In this document: positions 1 through 8,989 of the stretch, in pieces
Layout of the letters: every line of letters begins with the position of its first letter
Numbering within the stretch: the stretch's first letter is position 1
From: Elusimicrobiota bacterium
GTDB lineage: Bacteria; Elusimicrobiota; Elusimicrobia; UBA1565
NCBI GenBank assembly: GCA_043819795.1
Contig: JBDREN010000117.1
Location: forward strand, 1 to 20,955
Direction of reading: 5' to 3'
DNA: 20,955 bases
Translations under genes and position numbers: made by a program
Notes under the pieces: generated by a model
The model's database searches: none
What the model was told of the DNA's origin: nothing
Seen by the model: only the letters and a program-made list of their open reading frames with translations

Positions 1-2
1 CG

Positions 3-416
3 ACACAATTGCAGGCCGAGCTTGACCAGATCCACGAAGCCCAGGCTCGCTCAGTGAAGTTAGATTATGTCAAGACGGCATCGGCAGTCAATACCTGGAC
101 TGATTATACTGAGAAAACGGCTTTCATTACGCCTCAGGGAACATACTACGTTGTTTTCGGTGTGAACAATGCTGAGCACAATAAGGTCGTGCGCATTAGG
201 GCGAACGTGTACATTACATTCGGGAACGACATAGTAGCGCAGGGCGACCTCGCCATCGATATGACCTTGCTGGAATCGACGCAGTCCCTTTATTTTGGGA
301 AAATCTTCGATATGAATGGCTATCGCACGGGACAATACAAAGCGACCCTGGTGGTCACTGACCTGCTTTCAAATAGCATGGCCATTTCAACGACAATGTT
401 CACGGTAGGCTACTAG
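3..416 (+). CDS. Hypothetical protein, 5'-truncated by the window edge; C-terminal beta-rich (Ig-like?) domain
   Basis: Frame is open from position 3 to TAG at 414-416. The C-terminus GQYKATLVVTDLLSNSMAISTTMFTV resembles terminal strands of Ig-like beta-sandwiches. Hand count gives about 49% GC over 1-420, well below the downstream core genes. Confidence 0.6.
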   Translation, partial: TQLQAELDQIHEAQARSVKLDYVKTASAVNTWTDYTEKTAFITPQGTYYVVFGVNNAEHNKVVRIRANVYITFGNDIVAQGDLAIDMTLLESTQSLYFGKIFDMNGYRTGQYKATLVVTDLLSNSMAISTTMFTVGY

Positions 417-485
417 GCTTACCTCGGCGCGCGTTGACCCACAAGCCGCGTCCGACGTGGCGTCTGTTAGTTTGGTCAACTTTTC

Positions 486-494
486 TGATATACT
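486..494 (+). promoter_or_regulatory. Extended -10 promoter element (TGaTATACT) for tRNA-Leu
   Basis: TG-n-TATACT ends 23 nt upstream of the tRNA 5' end. Confidence 0.5.
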
Positions 495-517
495 GTTGCG
501 ATACGGCTGGCGTTATC

Positions 518-599
518 GGGGAAGTGTCGGAACTGGCAGACGAGCATGGCTTAGGACCATGTGCCGCAAGGCTTGGGGGTTCGAGTCCCCCCCCGCCCA
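518..599 (+). tRNA. tRNA-Leu (anticodon TAG), class II; acceptor stem has 3 mismatches (possibly chimeric or pseudo)
   Basis: D-arm TCG...CGA with GG; anticodon stem CATGG/CCATG with loop CT-TAG-GA (anticodon 552-554); variable arm GCC-GCAA-GGC; T-arm GGGGG-TTCGAGT-CCCCC; discriminator A599; no encoded CCA. Acceptor strands are GGGGAAG (518-524) and CCCGCCC (592-598). Confidence 0.85.
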
Positions 600-738
600 G
601 GTTTTTCGACGGAAACGAGCGTTTGCGATTACCCATCGTCGCGACGATCCAGCGATTTCGACGCCGCTCCAAGCTGACAAAATATATATCTCCTTATTTT
701 GCCGTTGCTTTTTCGATATCTTTGTCAACGCCTTGTCA

Positions 739-767
739 TTGACTCTTAGCCATTCAGGGGCTATAAA
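739..767 (+). promoter_or_regulatory. Sigma70-type promoter for small ORF 806-964
   Basis: TTGACT (739-744), 17-nt spacer, TATAAA (762-767), preceded by an AT-rich upstream region. Confidence 0.6.
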
Positions 768-805
768 ATGCTCAAGAAGAACCGCGGAGAGCCAAGAGGC
801 ACGAC

Positions 806-964
806 ATGAAACCGAGCGATGGAGGCTTCTCAAGCGATGCCAGGCCGGAGAAGCTCCGAGAGTTCCATTGGGACCTGACGGCGGAACACCGAAAGGGCTT
901 GTTCTGGCGGGTGATGAAGGCGGGGCCCAAGAATTTTGTCTTCCGCCTGATCAACGAGAAGTAG
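806..964 (+). CDS. Small hypothetical protein, 52 aa (MKPSDGGFSSDARPEKLREFHWDLTAEHRKGLFWRVMKAGPKNFVFRLINEK)
   Basis: Hand translation from ATG 806 to TAG 962-964. SD-like AAGAGG at 794-799 and a near-consensus promoter upstream. Absent from the ORF track, whose shortest ORFs are 60 aa. Confidence 0.5.
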   Translation: MKPSDGGFSSDARPEKLREFHWDLTAEHRKGLFWRVMKAGPKNFVFRLINEK

Positions 965-1113
965 GCCGCAAGCGAAGACGCCGCGCGAGGACGGAGAGAC
1001 GGCCGGGAAAAGCGGCCGACGCGGACCCCATCACGGGCTGAAGCCGCCGCGCGCCTTCTCCTCAGCATACCCCGGGGAACGGCCGGAGCCGGTAGAGGAC
1101 GCCCTCCCGAATC

Positions 1114-1152
1114 TGGTATAATTTCTTCACTTTTCCGAAGCGACTCGAGGAG
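1114..1152 (+). promoter_or_regulatory. tig promoter (extended -10 TGGTATAAT) and RBS GAGGAG
   Basis: Perfect TG-n-TATAAT at 1114-1122; GAGGAG at 1147-1152 ahead of ATG 1163. Confidence 0.65.
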
Positions 1153-1162
1153 AATCAGAGCC

Positions 1163-2440
1163 ATGGCGATTTGGAGCCCGACGGTCAAGACGAAGGCGAA
1201 GAAGCTCAAGACGGAGGGGAGCAAGCACACCTACGAGGTGGAGGTCCCCGCCGCGCGAGTGCAGGAGACGATCCACAACGTGTTCCTGCGCATCCAGCTG
1301 CAGGCCCGGATATCCGGCTTCCGCCAGGGGAAGGCGCCCCTGGAGTTCGTCAAGCGGCAATACGGCGACCGGGCCCGCGCCGAGGCCGTCGACGACCTGA
1401 TCAAGCGGGTGATCCCCGAGACATTGAAGGATCTGGACGTGCGTCCGGTCGCCATGCCGGCGGTCGCGAACGTCCGCATGGACCGGGAAAGCCCTCTCAA
1501 GTTCGACCTGCACGTCGAGGTGGCTCCCAAGTTCGAGCCGAAGGGATACAAGGGCATCGCCGTCACGCACAAGGAGTACGCGGTCACGGACAAGGACATC
1601 GAGACCCGCCTGACGCAGCTGCAGGAAGGCAACGCCCGCCTGGAGATATCCAAGGCCGATTCGGTGGCCAAAGGCCACTATATCATCGTCGACTTCGTCC
1701 TCAGCCGCGACGGGAAGCCGCTCGAGAACGGGGAGGGCAAGCAGGAGCTCGTCGAGATATCCTCGGATCAGACGATCGAGGGCCTGACGCAGGGGCTTAT
1801 CGGATCCAAACGCCGCGAGACCCGCGAGCTCGAGGTCAAGATCGACGACAAGCCGACGCAGTGCCGGATCACCACCCAGGAAATAAAGGAGAAGGTCCTC
1901 CCTCAGATCGACGACGAGTTCGCCAAGGACATGGGGTTCGACTCGCTCAAGACATTGAAGGAGAAGCTCGGCGAGGTCGTGAAGAACGAGTACGAGCAGA
2001 AAAGCGAGAGCGAGCTGCGTCAGCAGATCGAAAAGGCGCTGCTCGACGCCAACGCGTTCGATGTGCCGCCGTCATTGGCCGAGCAGCAGCTCGATTTCAT
2101 GATGGAGCGGCTGACGGCGCGGCTCGCCGGGCCGGACAGCGGCCTTCCGGAGAAGGAGGCGGGCCAGCTGCGCGAGAAGCTGCGCCCGGCGGCCGTGAAC
2201 GAGGTGCGCATGCAGTTCATCACGTCCGAAATCGCGCGCCGCGAGAAGATCGAGGCCACCGGCGAGGACCTCAAGGAGGACCTCGAGAGGCACCTGGCGC
2301 AGTCGGAGAGCGACGACCAGAAGAAGCAGACGCGGGAGCTCTTCGAGAAGCGCGCCGACGACATCCGCGCCGCCATCCGGGACAGGAAGGTCTTCCAGCT
2401 CATCCGCGAGGCCGCGAAGATCACGGCCGTGAAGGCCTAG
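1163..2440 (+). CDS. tig: Trigger factor (ribosome-associated chaperone/PPIase)
   Basis: 425 aa. Ribosome-binding signature GFRQGKAP, FKBP-like middle domain, LPQIDDEFAK motif, location near clpP. Confidence 0.97.
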   Translation: MAIWSPTVKTKAKKLKTEGSKHTYEVEVPAARVQETIHNVFLRIQLQARISGFRQGKAPLEFVKRQYGDRARAEAVDDLIKRVIPETLKDLDVRPVAMPAVANVRMDRESPLKFDLHVEVAPKFEPKGYKGIAVTHKEYAVTDKDIETRLTQLQEGNARLEISKADSVAKGHYIIVDFVLSRDGKPLENGEGKQELVEISSDQTIEGLTQGLIGSKRRETRELEVKIDDKPTQCRITTQEIKEKVLPQIDDEFAKDMGFDSLKTLKEKLGEVVKNEYEQKSESELRQQIEKALLDANAFDVPPSLAEQQLDFMMERLTARLAGPDSGLPEKEAGQLREKLRPAAVNEVRMQFITSEIARREKIEATGEDLKEDLERHLAQSESDDQKKQTRELFEKRADDIRAAIRDRKVFQLIREAAKITAVKA

Positions 2441-2443
2441 TCC

Positions 2444-2470
2444 AGAGCCGCAGGCTTGCCCTGCGGCTCT
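2444..2470. terminator. GC-rich hairpin just after tig (terminator-like or REP-like)
   Basis: AGAGCCGCAGG-cttgc-CCTGCGGCTCT forms a perfect 11-bp stem. A second hairpin CCCGCGCCC-N7-GGGCGCGGG lies at 2521-2545, between the convergent genes. Confidence 0.55.
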
Positions 2471-2560
2471 TACTCCCCTGCGTTGCCAGGGGGGGCCGTC
2501 GCAAGAATGTCGCCGGACTTCCCGCGCCCCGGGAATGGGCGCGGGGGATGCGGCGTCCGA

Positions 2561-3010
2561 TCAGGCTGCGTCGATCCTGCCCTTGATCTGATCGAGCATC
2601 CTCGCCTTCTCGGCCTTGATCCTGCCCGCGATCAGCGGCAGCATCATCTTGGACATGACGCTCCGCGGCGTTAACTCCACCTCGATGTTGACGCGCGTGC
2701 CCTCCGGCGCCTCGTCGAAACCCAGCGAGATGGTGGCCCCGAAATGCTCGTTGTCGAGCGTCCGCGCGGCCCTGCGCGGCGGGTCCCACTCGGTGACCTC
2801 GCAGAGGACCTCCCCGACGCTCGGGATACCGGAGCGGATCCGTACGGCGGAGCCCAGCCCCGTCCGCGGCCGGCCCGGGACGGACGCCAGCTCGACATTG
2901 AGCGGGCCCGCCTCCTTCCCGGCGCGCGCCATCCGGTCGAGATCCGTCAACGCGTCGAAGACCGTCTCCCGCGGCCGCTTGAACACGATGGAGAAACTCT
3001 CCTTGAGCAC
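2561..3010 (-). CDS. SRPBCC (START/polyketide cyclase-like) family protein
   Basis: 149 aa, GTG start. Pattern '[17 protein letters not shown]...[10 protein letters not shown]...GTRV' plus a long C-terminal helix is typical of the SRPBCC fold. Confidence 0.85.
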   Translation of the reverse strand: MLKESFSIVFKRPRETVFDALTDLDRMARAGKEAGPLNVELASVPGRPRTGLGSAVRIRSGIPSVGEVLCEVTEWDPPRRAARTLDNEHFGATISLGFDEAPEGTRVNIEVELTPRSVMSKMMLPLIAGRIKAEKARMLDQIKGRIDAA

Positions 3011-3196
3011 GACGCCATGTTACCAAATAGCGGGGGCTCCCCGCGACGCGGAGTCGGCGGCCCCCCCTACGGGGGCCGCCTGTGTAGGGGGCCTACCCCT
3101 GCATCAGCAGTCCCCCAGGGGGACCGCTGACATCCCCGCGGAGGAGGGACGCGTACACGAGGCTCGAAGAAAAACCCATTCTTCTTCGGCCGAATT

Positions 3197-3205
3197 TGGT
3201 ATACT
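3197..3205 (+). promoter_or_regulatory. Extended -10 (TGGTATACT) 7 nt before the clpP ATG; probable leaderless promoter
   Basis: TATACT at 3200-3205, spacer tccgcaa, ATG 3213; no SD sequence. Confidence 0.6.
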
Positions 3206-3212
3206 TCCGCAA

Positions 3213-3815
3213 ATGATCATCCCTACCATACTGGAACGGTGGAACCAAGGCTCAGCGGTCGGGTACGACATCTACTCCAGGCTGCTCAAGGACCGGATTA
3301 TCTTCGTAGGCGGCATGGAGGGCGTCGTCACGACCGATTCGGCGAACCTGCTCATCGCGCAGATGCTCTACCTCGACGCCGAGGACTCCGGCAAGGACAT
3401 CTACCTTTACATCAACTCCCCGGGCGGCATGGTCTCCGCCGGGCTCGCCGTGTACGACACCATGCAGTACATCAAGGCTCCCATCACGACGATCTGCATC
3501 GGCATGGCGATGTCCTTCGGGGCCGTCCTCCTCGCGGCTGGATCGCCGGGCAAGCGCCTGGCGCTGCCGTACTCCCGGATCATGATCCATCAGCCGCTCA
3601 TCTCCGGCGGGCTGGCCGGCCAAGCCACCGACATCCGCATCGAGGCCGACGAGCTGATGCGGACCAAGAATAAGCTCATCGAGCTCTTCGCCCAACACAC
3701 GGGAAAGAGCGTCGAGACGGTCAGGAAGGACATGGATCGCAACCACTACATGTCGGCCGAGGAAGCCAAGGACTATGGCGTCGTCGACAACGTCATCCGG
3801 GCCGAGGCGAAATGA
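3213..3815 (+). CDS. clpP: ATP-dependent Clp protease proteolytic subunit
   Basis: 200 aa from MIIPTILE. Motifs [14 protein letters not shown] and YINSPGG; catalytic Ser (GMAMSFGA), His (IMIHQP) and Asp region (DMDRN). The ORF-track start at 2616 is an over-extension. Confidence 0.97.
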   Translation: MIIPTILERWNQGSAVGYDIYSRLLKDRIIFVGGMEGVVTTDSANLLIAQMLYLDAEDSGKDIYLYINSPGGMVSAGLAVYDTMQYIKAPITTICIGMAMSFGAVLLAAGSPGKRLALPYSRIMIHQPLISGGLAGQATDIRIEADELMRTKNKLIELFAQHTGKSVETVRKDMDRNHYMSAEEAKDYGVVDNVIRAEAK

Positions 3816-6244
3816 TCAAGCAGTCATCCTCCCGCAGGGCCGAGCGCCCGTCGCACCTGCCGCTGCTGGCCGTGCGGGACGTCGTGATCTTCCCCCACAT
3901 GGCGCTGCCCCTGTCGGTGGGCCGCCAGCGTTCCATCATGGCGCTGGAGCAGGCCATGCAGTCGGGCAAGCTGGTCGCCGTCACGGCGCAGAAAAAGGCG
4001 TCGGTCGAGGACCCCAAGGAGTCCGACCTCTACACGGTCGGGGTGCTCGCCGAGGTCATCCAGTTCCTCCGCATGCCGGACGGCACGCTGAAGGTATTCC
4101 TCCAGGGCATCGTGCGCGCGCGGTTCGCGAACCTGCGCGTCAGCCGCGAGAGCTGGTGGGAGGCCGACCTGGAATACCCGGAGGAGCGCTGGAAGCGGTC
4201 CTCGCGCCTCGAGGCTCTCATGCGCCAGTGCGTGGAGATCTTCGGGCAGCTCCTGAAGCTCACGCGCCGCGCGCCGCCCGAGACGGGCCACGCCCTCTCG
4301 CAGGTCCAGAACCCCTCGCGCCTGGCCGATACCGTCGCGGCGAACGCCGTCACGAAGCTCTCGGACCGCCAGCACCTGCTCGAGATATTCGATCCGGAGA
4401 ATCGCCTCGAGAAGCTCGTCGAGCACCTGGACTCCGAGATCGAGATCCTCAACCTCGAGCGCAAGATCCATACCCGCGTCCGCTCCCAGATCCAGAAGAC
4501 GCAGAAGGAGTACTACCTGACGGAGCAGATGAAGGCGATCCAGAAGGAGCTCCGCCACAAGGACGATTTCGCGAAGGAGATCGACGAGCTGCGCGAGAAG
4601 ATCCGGTCCGCGAAGATGCCCAAGGCCGCCCTGGACGCGGCGATCAAGGAGGTGGGGCGGCTCGAGAAGATGATGCCGTTCTCCCCGGAGTCCACGGTCA
4701 GCCGATCCTATCTGGACTGGATAGTGAGCCTGCCCTGGTCCAAGAAGACCCGGGACCACCTCGACATCGGCCGGGCGAAGTCCATCCTGGACAAGGACCA
4801 TTACGGGCTCGAGAAGGCCAAGGACCGGGTCCTGGAGTACCTCGCCGTCTGCAAGCTGACCAAGAAGCTGCGCGGGCCGATCCTCTGCTTCGTAGGCCCC
4901 CCGGGGGTCGGCAAGACCTCGCTGGGCCGCTCGATCGCCAGGGCGATGAACCGGAACTTCGTTCGGATCTCCCTGGGAGGCGTGCGCGACGAAGCGGAGA
5001 TCCGAGGCCACCGCAGGACCTACATCGGCTCTTTGCCCGGCCGGATCATCCAGTCGATACGCAAGGCCAAAAGCCGCAACCCGGTATTCCTGCTCGACGA
5101 GATCGACAAGATGGGAATGGACTGGCGCGGGGACCCGGCGGCCGCCCTGCTCGAGGTCCTCGATCCGGAGCAGAACTTCACCTTCGCCGACCACTACCTC
5201 GACGTGGAGTTCGACCTCTCCTCGGTGATGTTCATCTGCACGGCCAATACCCCCGACGGAATCCCGATCGGCCTCCAGGACCGCCTCGAGGTCATCCCCT
5301 TCTCGGGCTACACCTACCGGGAGAAGCTCTCGATCGCGAAAGGCTACCTCATCCCCAAGCAGCTCGACTTGCACGGCCTGAAGCCGGCGCAGGTGCGGCT
5401 GCTCGACGACGCGATCCGTCGCGCCATGCAGGAGTACACGCGGGAGGCCGGCGTCCGCGGCCTGGAGCGCGAGATCGCGGCGCTCTGCCGCAAGGTCGCC
5501 CGCGAGTTCGTCGAGAAGAAGTCGGAGCGCGTCGAGGTCGCCGCCGCGGACCTGCAGAGATACCTCGGGATCCCCAAGTTCCCGCCGGAGGACAGGTCGC
5601 CCAACGCCGTCGGCGTCGCCACCGGCCTCGCCTGGAGCGAAGTCGGCGGGCAGATCCTGGCGATCGAGGTGCTGTCCTTCCCCGGCAAGGGGAGGATACA
5701 GCTCACCGGCAAGCTGGGCTCCGTCATGCAGGAATCGGCCAAGGCGGCGCTGTCGTACGTCAAGGCGGCCGCGAAGGAGCTCGGCATACCCGCCACGGTG
5801 TTCACGAAAAGAAATTTCCACATCCACGTGCCCGAAGGCGCGGTCCCGAAGGACGGCCCGTCGGCCGGCATCGCGATCGCGGCCGCGCTCGCCAGCCAGC
5901 TGACGGAGCGGCCGGTCCTTCCGGACATAGCCATGACCGGCGAGATCACGCTCCGCGGCCGGGTCCTCCCGATCGGCGGCCTCAAGGAGAAGGTCATGGC
6001 GGCCCACCGCCTGGGGATGAAGACGGTCCTCTTCCCCGAGCTCAACCGCAAGGACCTCGAGGACATCCCCAAAGACGTCCAGGCAGCCGTGACCCTGGTG
6101 GGCGTTCGCCATATCAGCGACGTGTTCGAGCTGGCGCTCGCGCCCGCCTCGCGCGGCTCCAAGGGCAAAGGGCGGGGCGCGGAGTGGAATGCTTTGCATC
6201 CCAAACCCAAGCACGAGGGCGGCTACGCGGCCCCGCAGGCCTGA
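3812..6244 (+). CDS. lon: Endopeptidase La (LonA)
   Basis: 810 aa. LON N-domain ([13 protein letters not shown]), Walker [10 protein letters not shown], Walker B FLLDEIDK, catalytic PKDGPSAG Ser (5861) and Lys 43 residues later (GGLKEK). ATGA overlap with clpP. Confidence 0.98.
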   Translation: MIKQSSSRRAERPSHLPLLAVRDVVIFPHMALPLSVGRQRSIMALEQAMQSGKLVAVTAQKKASVEDPKESDLYTVGVLAEVIQFLRMPDGTLKVFLQGIVRARFANLRVSRESWWEADLEYPEERWKRSSRLEALMRQCVEIFGQLLKLTRRAPPETGHALSQVQNPSRLADTVAANAVTKLSDRQHLLEIFDPENRLEKLVEHLDSEIEILNLERKIHTRVRSQIQKTQKEYYLTEQMKAIQKELRHKDDFAKEIDELREKIRSAKMPKAALDAAIKEVGRLEKMMPFSPESTVSRSYLDWIVSLPWSKKTRDHLDIGRAKSILDKDHYGLEKAKDRVLEYLAVCKLTKKLRGPILCFVGPPGVGKTSLGRSIARAMNRNFVRISLGGVRDEAEIRGHRRTYIGSLPGRIIQSIRKAKSRNPVFLLDEIDKMGMDWRGDPAAALLEVLDPEQNFTFADHYLDVEFDLSSVMFICTANTPDGIPIGLQDRLEVIPFSGYTYREKLSIAKGYLIPKQLDLHGLKPAQVRLLDDAIRRAMQEYTREAGVRGLEREIAALCRKVAREFVEKKSERVEVAAADLQRYLGIPKFPPEDRSPNAVGVATGLAWSEVGGQILAIEVLSFPGKGRIQLTGKLGSVMQESAKAALSYVKAAAKELGIPATVFTKRNFHIHVPEGAVPKDGPSAGIAIAAALASQLTERPVLPDIAMTGEITLRGRVLPIGGLKEKVMAAHRLGMKTVLFPELNRKDLEDIPKDVQAAVTLVGVRHISDVFELALAPASRGSKGKGRGAEWNALHPKPKHEGGYAAPQA

Positions 6245-6276
6245 GCCGCTCTGACGAGACGGTCTTTGGAGGCGAC

Positions 6277-7359
6277 ATGGAGTACATCCTTCTGACCCCC
6301 GGCCCGACCCCGCTGCCCCCGTCGGTCTACAAGAAGATGGCCGAGCCGATCCTGCACCACCGTACCCACGAGTTCGAGGAGCTCTTCGCGAAGACCATCG
6401 CGGGCCTCAAATACGTCTTCCGCACGAAGAACGACGTCCTGATGGTCACCTCCTCGGGCACCGGCGCCATGGAGTCGGCGATGGCCAACCTCCTTTCGCC
6501 CGGCGCGAAGGTGCTCGTGCACGTGACCGGGGCCTTCGGGGAGCGCTTCGCCGGGATCGCCAGGGCTTTCGGGCTCGATTCCGTCGTCGTGGAAGAAGAG
6601 TGGGGCCACGCGGCCGACCCCGAGAAGCTCAAGGCCGCTCTCGCGGCCAACCCCGGCGTCCGGGCCGTCTTCCATCAGCTCACGGAGACATCGACCGGCG
6701 TCGTCAACGACGTCAAGACCCTCGCCGGGATCGTCCGCGAGCGGTCCGACGCGCTCACCGTCGTGGACGCGATCTCCGGGCTGGCCGGCGAGGAGCTCGA
6801 GACCGACGCCTGGGGCCTCGACGTGGTCGTCGGCGGCTCCCAGAAGGGCCTCATGGCCCCCCCCGGGCTGGCCTTCATGGCCGTCTCGGAGCGGGCCTGG
6901 AAGGCCGTGGAGACCGCCTCGCTCCCCCGGTTCTATTTCGACTGGCGGACGATGCGCGCCGCCCTGCCCAAGAACCAGACGCCGTTCACGCCCGGCGTCA
7001 CGCTCATCGCCGCGCAGGCCGAGGCCCTGCGACTCATCGGCGAGGAAGGCATCGAAAACGTATGGAAGCGGACCGCCGACCTGGCCGCCTACACCCGCGG
7101 CGAGGTGGCCAAGCTGGGTCTCGAGCTTTTCCCCACGGACCCGTGCGACGTGCTCACCGCGATCCGGCTGCCGGAAGGCGTGGACGGCAAGAAGCTCGTC
7201 AAGGACATCCTCACGGAGGAGCGGATCTCCATCGCCGGCGGCCAGAAGCGCCTCGCGGGCAAGATCGTCCGCATCGCCCACATGGGCTACATCAGGAAGC
7301 CCGACGTGGACGCCGGCCTCAAAGCGCTCTCGAAGCGGCTCAGCCCGACGCACGCCTGA
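6277..7359 (+). CDS. PLP-dependent class V aminotransferase (alanine/serine-glyoxylate family; probable phosphoserine aminotransferase role)
   Basis: 360 aa from MEYILLTPGPTP, RBS GGAGG at 6268-6272. Motifs HQLTETSTGV, VVDAIS, GSQKGLMAPPGL (PLP Lys) and RIAHMG. Directly upstream of serA. Confidence 0.9.
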   Translation: MEYILLTPGPTPLPPSVYKKMAEPILHHRTHEFEELFAKTIAGLKYVFRTKNDVLMVTSSGTGAMESAMANLLSPGAKVLVHVTGAFGERFAGIARAFGLDSVVVEEEWGHAADPEKLKAALAANPGVRAVFHQLTETSTGVVNDVKTLAGIVRERSDALTVVDAISGLAGEELETDAWGLDVVVGGSQKGLMAPPGLAFMAVSERAWKAVETASLPRFYFDWRTMRAALPKNQTPFTPGVTLIAAQAEALRLIGEEGIENVWKRTADLAAYTRGEVAKLGLELFPTDPCDVLTAIRLPEGVDGKKLVKDILTEERISIAGGQKRLAGKIVRIAHMGYIRKPDVDAGLKALSKRLSPTHA

Positions 7360-7360
7360 G

Positions 7361-8968
7361 GTGAGCGATCCCATGAAAGGCCCGTTCAAGGTCCTCGTCA
7401 CCGACAAGATCGACCCGCGGGGGCTCAATCCCCTGGCGGAGCACCCCGGCATCGAACTCGTTATGGCAGTCAAGCCGGCGACCGAAAGGCTCGAAGAGCT
7501 GGTTCCCTCGGCGCACGCCTGGCTGGTGCGCTCCGAGACCAAGATCACCGAGCCCTGGCTCAAGAAGGCCTCCCAGCTGCGGCTCATCGGCCGCGCCGGG
7601 GTCGGGGTCGACAACATCGACGTCGCGGGCGCCTCGCGCCGCGGGATCGCCGTCATCAACGCCCCGGCCGCCAACACGATCTCGGCCTGCGAGCACACCT
7701 GGGGCCTGCTTCTGGCGCTCTCGCGGAACATCCCGCAGGCCGACCGGGACGTGAAAGAGGGCCGATGGGAGCGGTCCAAGTGGATGGGCGTGGAGCTCGC
7801 CGGCAAGACCTTGGGCCTCGTCGGCCTGGGCCGCATCGGACGCGAGGTGGCCAAACGCGCGCGCGCCTTCGGCATGCGCGTCGTCGCCTACGACCCGTTC
7901 ATCTCGCAGAAGGTGGCCGAGGGGCTCGGCGTCGAGCTGGCCGCTTTCAAGGAGCTCCTGGGAGTCTCGGACTACGTATCCCTGCACGTCCCCTCCTCCG
8001 ACAAGACGCGGCACATGATCGATGAGGAATCGCTCGGCTGGTTCAAGAAGGGGGCTCGGCTCGTCAACTGCGCGCGCGGCGAGCTCGTCAAGGAGTCGGC
8101 GCTCGTCGAGGCCGTCAAGTCCGGCGCGCTGCTCGGCGCCGCGCTCGACGTTTACGAGAAAGAGCCCCTGCCGGAGTCGAGCGAGCTCCGCGAGCTTCCG
8201 CAGGTCATCCTCACCCCCCATCTCGGCGCCTCCACGAAAGAGGCCCAGCTGAAGGTGGCCGAGGAGCTCTCCAAGAGCGTCCTCGAGTTCTACGAGAAGG
8301 GCATGGCCCGCAGCGCCATCAATCTCCCGGGCTTCGACCCGGACGCGCTGGAAGCGCTCGGGGCCAGCCTCGGCCTCGCCGAGAAGCTGGGCCGCTTCCT
8401 CGGACAGATGCTCGACGCGGGATTGAAGGGGATCAGTTGCCGCTTCCACGGGGACTTCCAGCCCTCCGAGCGCCATCCGCTGGCCGTGGCCGCGGTCAAG
8501 GGAGTTCTCTCGACGATCCTGGAGGCCACCCTCAGCTACATCAACGCGCCGATCCTCGCGCTCGAGCGGGGCATCGAGCTCTCCGAGTCGGCCGCGCCTT
8601 CCCCGGAGGGCTTCGCGCGGCTCATGACGGTGACCGCGGTGACGGACCGCGGCGAGCGCAGCGTCTCGGGGACCGTCGGGGAGAACGGCGAGCCGCGCAT
8701 CGTGCGCCTCGACCACCTTTTCGTGGACGTGAGCCCGAAAGGCAAGATGCTGGTCCTGGTCAACAAAGACGAGCCCGGCGTGATCGGCGCCGTGGGGACG
8801 CTCCTGGGCCGGCATCGGATCAACATCGCCGACATGCGCGTCGGCCGCGAATCGCCCCAGGGAGAGGCGGTGATGGTCATCACGATCGACGAGGACCTCA
8901 CCGCCGAGCTGCAGAGCGAACTCAAGACGCTCGAGGGCATCAAGGCCGTGCGCTGGGTCGTGCTCTAA
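7361..8968 (+). CDS. serA: D-3-phosphoglycerate dehydrogenase (long form with ASB and ACT domains)
   Basis: 535 aa. Motifs RAGVGVDNID, NAD-binding GLGRIG, NCARG and TPHLGAST; C-terminal ACT domain (NKDEPGVIG...INIADM). Start may be ATG 7373. Confidence 0.96.
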   Translation: MSDPMKGPFKVLVTDKIDPRGLNPLAEHPGIELVMAVKPATERLEELVPSAHAWLVRSETKITEPWLKKASQLRLIGRAGVGVDNIDVAGASRRGIAVINAPAANTISACEHTWGLLLALSRNIPQADRDVKEGRWERSKWMGVELAGKTLGLVGLGRIGREVAKRARAFGMRVVAYDPFISQKVAEGLGVELAAFKELLGVSDYVSLHVPSSDKTRHMIDEESLGWFKKGARLVNCARGELVKESALVEAVKSGALLGAALDVYEKEPLPESSELRELPQVILTPHLGASTKEAQLKVAEELSKSVLEFYEKGMARSAINLPGFDPDALEALGASLGLAEKLGRFLGQMLDAGLKGISCRFHGDFQPSERHPLAVAAVKGVLSTILEATLSYINAPILALERGIELSESAAPSPEGFARLMTVTAVTDRGERSVSGTVGENGEPRIVRLDHLFVDVSPKGKMLVLVNKDEPGVIGAVGTLLGRHRINIADMRVGRESPQGEAVMVITIDEDLTAELQSELKTLEGIKAVRWVVL

Positions 8969-8989
8969 GAGGGATTTCAGGGACCGCCC

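Noticed and set aside
400..1230. ORF-track ORFs overlapping tRNA-Leu and the tig upstream region
   Set aside because: They overlap the tRNA or promoter, have low-complexity Arg/Ser-rich translations and lack RBS support.
2616..3212. N-terminally extended 399-aa ClpP
   Set aside because: The extension is the antisense of the SRPBCC gene plus intergenic DNA. ClpP similarity starts at MIIPTILE (3213), right after a -10 box.
3011..3212. CIRCE (HrcA) heat-shock operator upstream of clpP-lon
   Set aside because: No TTAGCACTC-N9-GAGTGCTAA-like sequence is visible.
3775..6276. 1194-aa ORF 3775..7359 as a giant fusion protein
   Set aside because: The first ~834 codons are an Arg/Pro/Gly-rich shadow frame of lon typical of high-GC DNA. 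The real gene starts at ATG 6277 with its own RBS.
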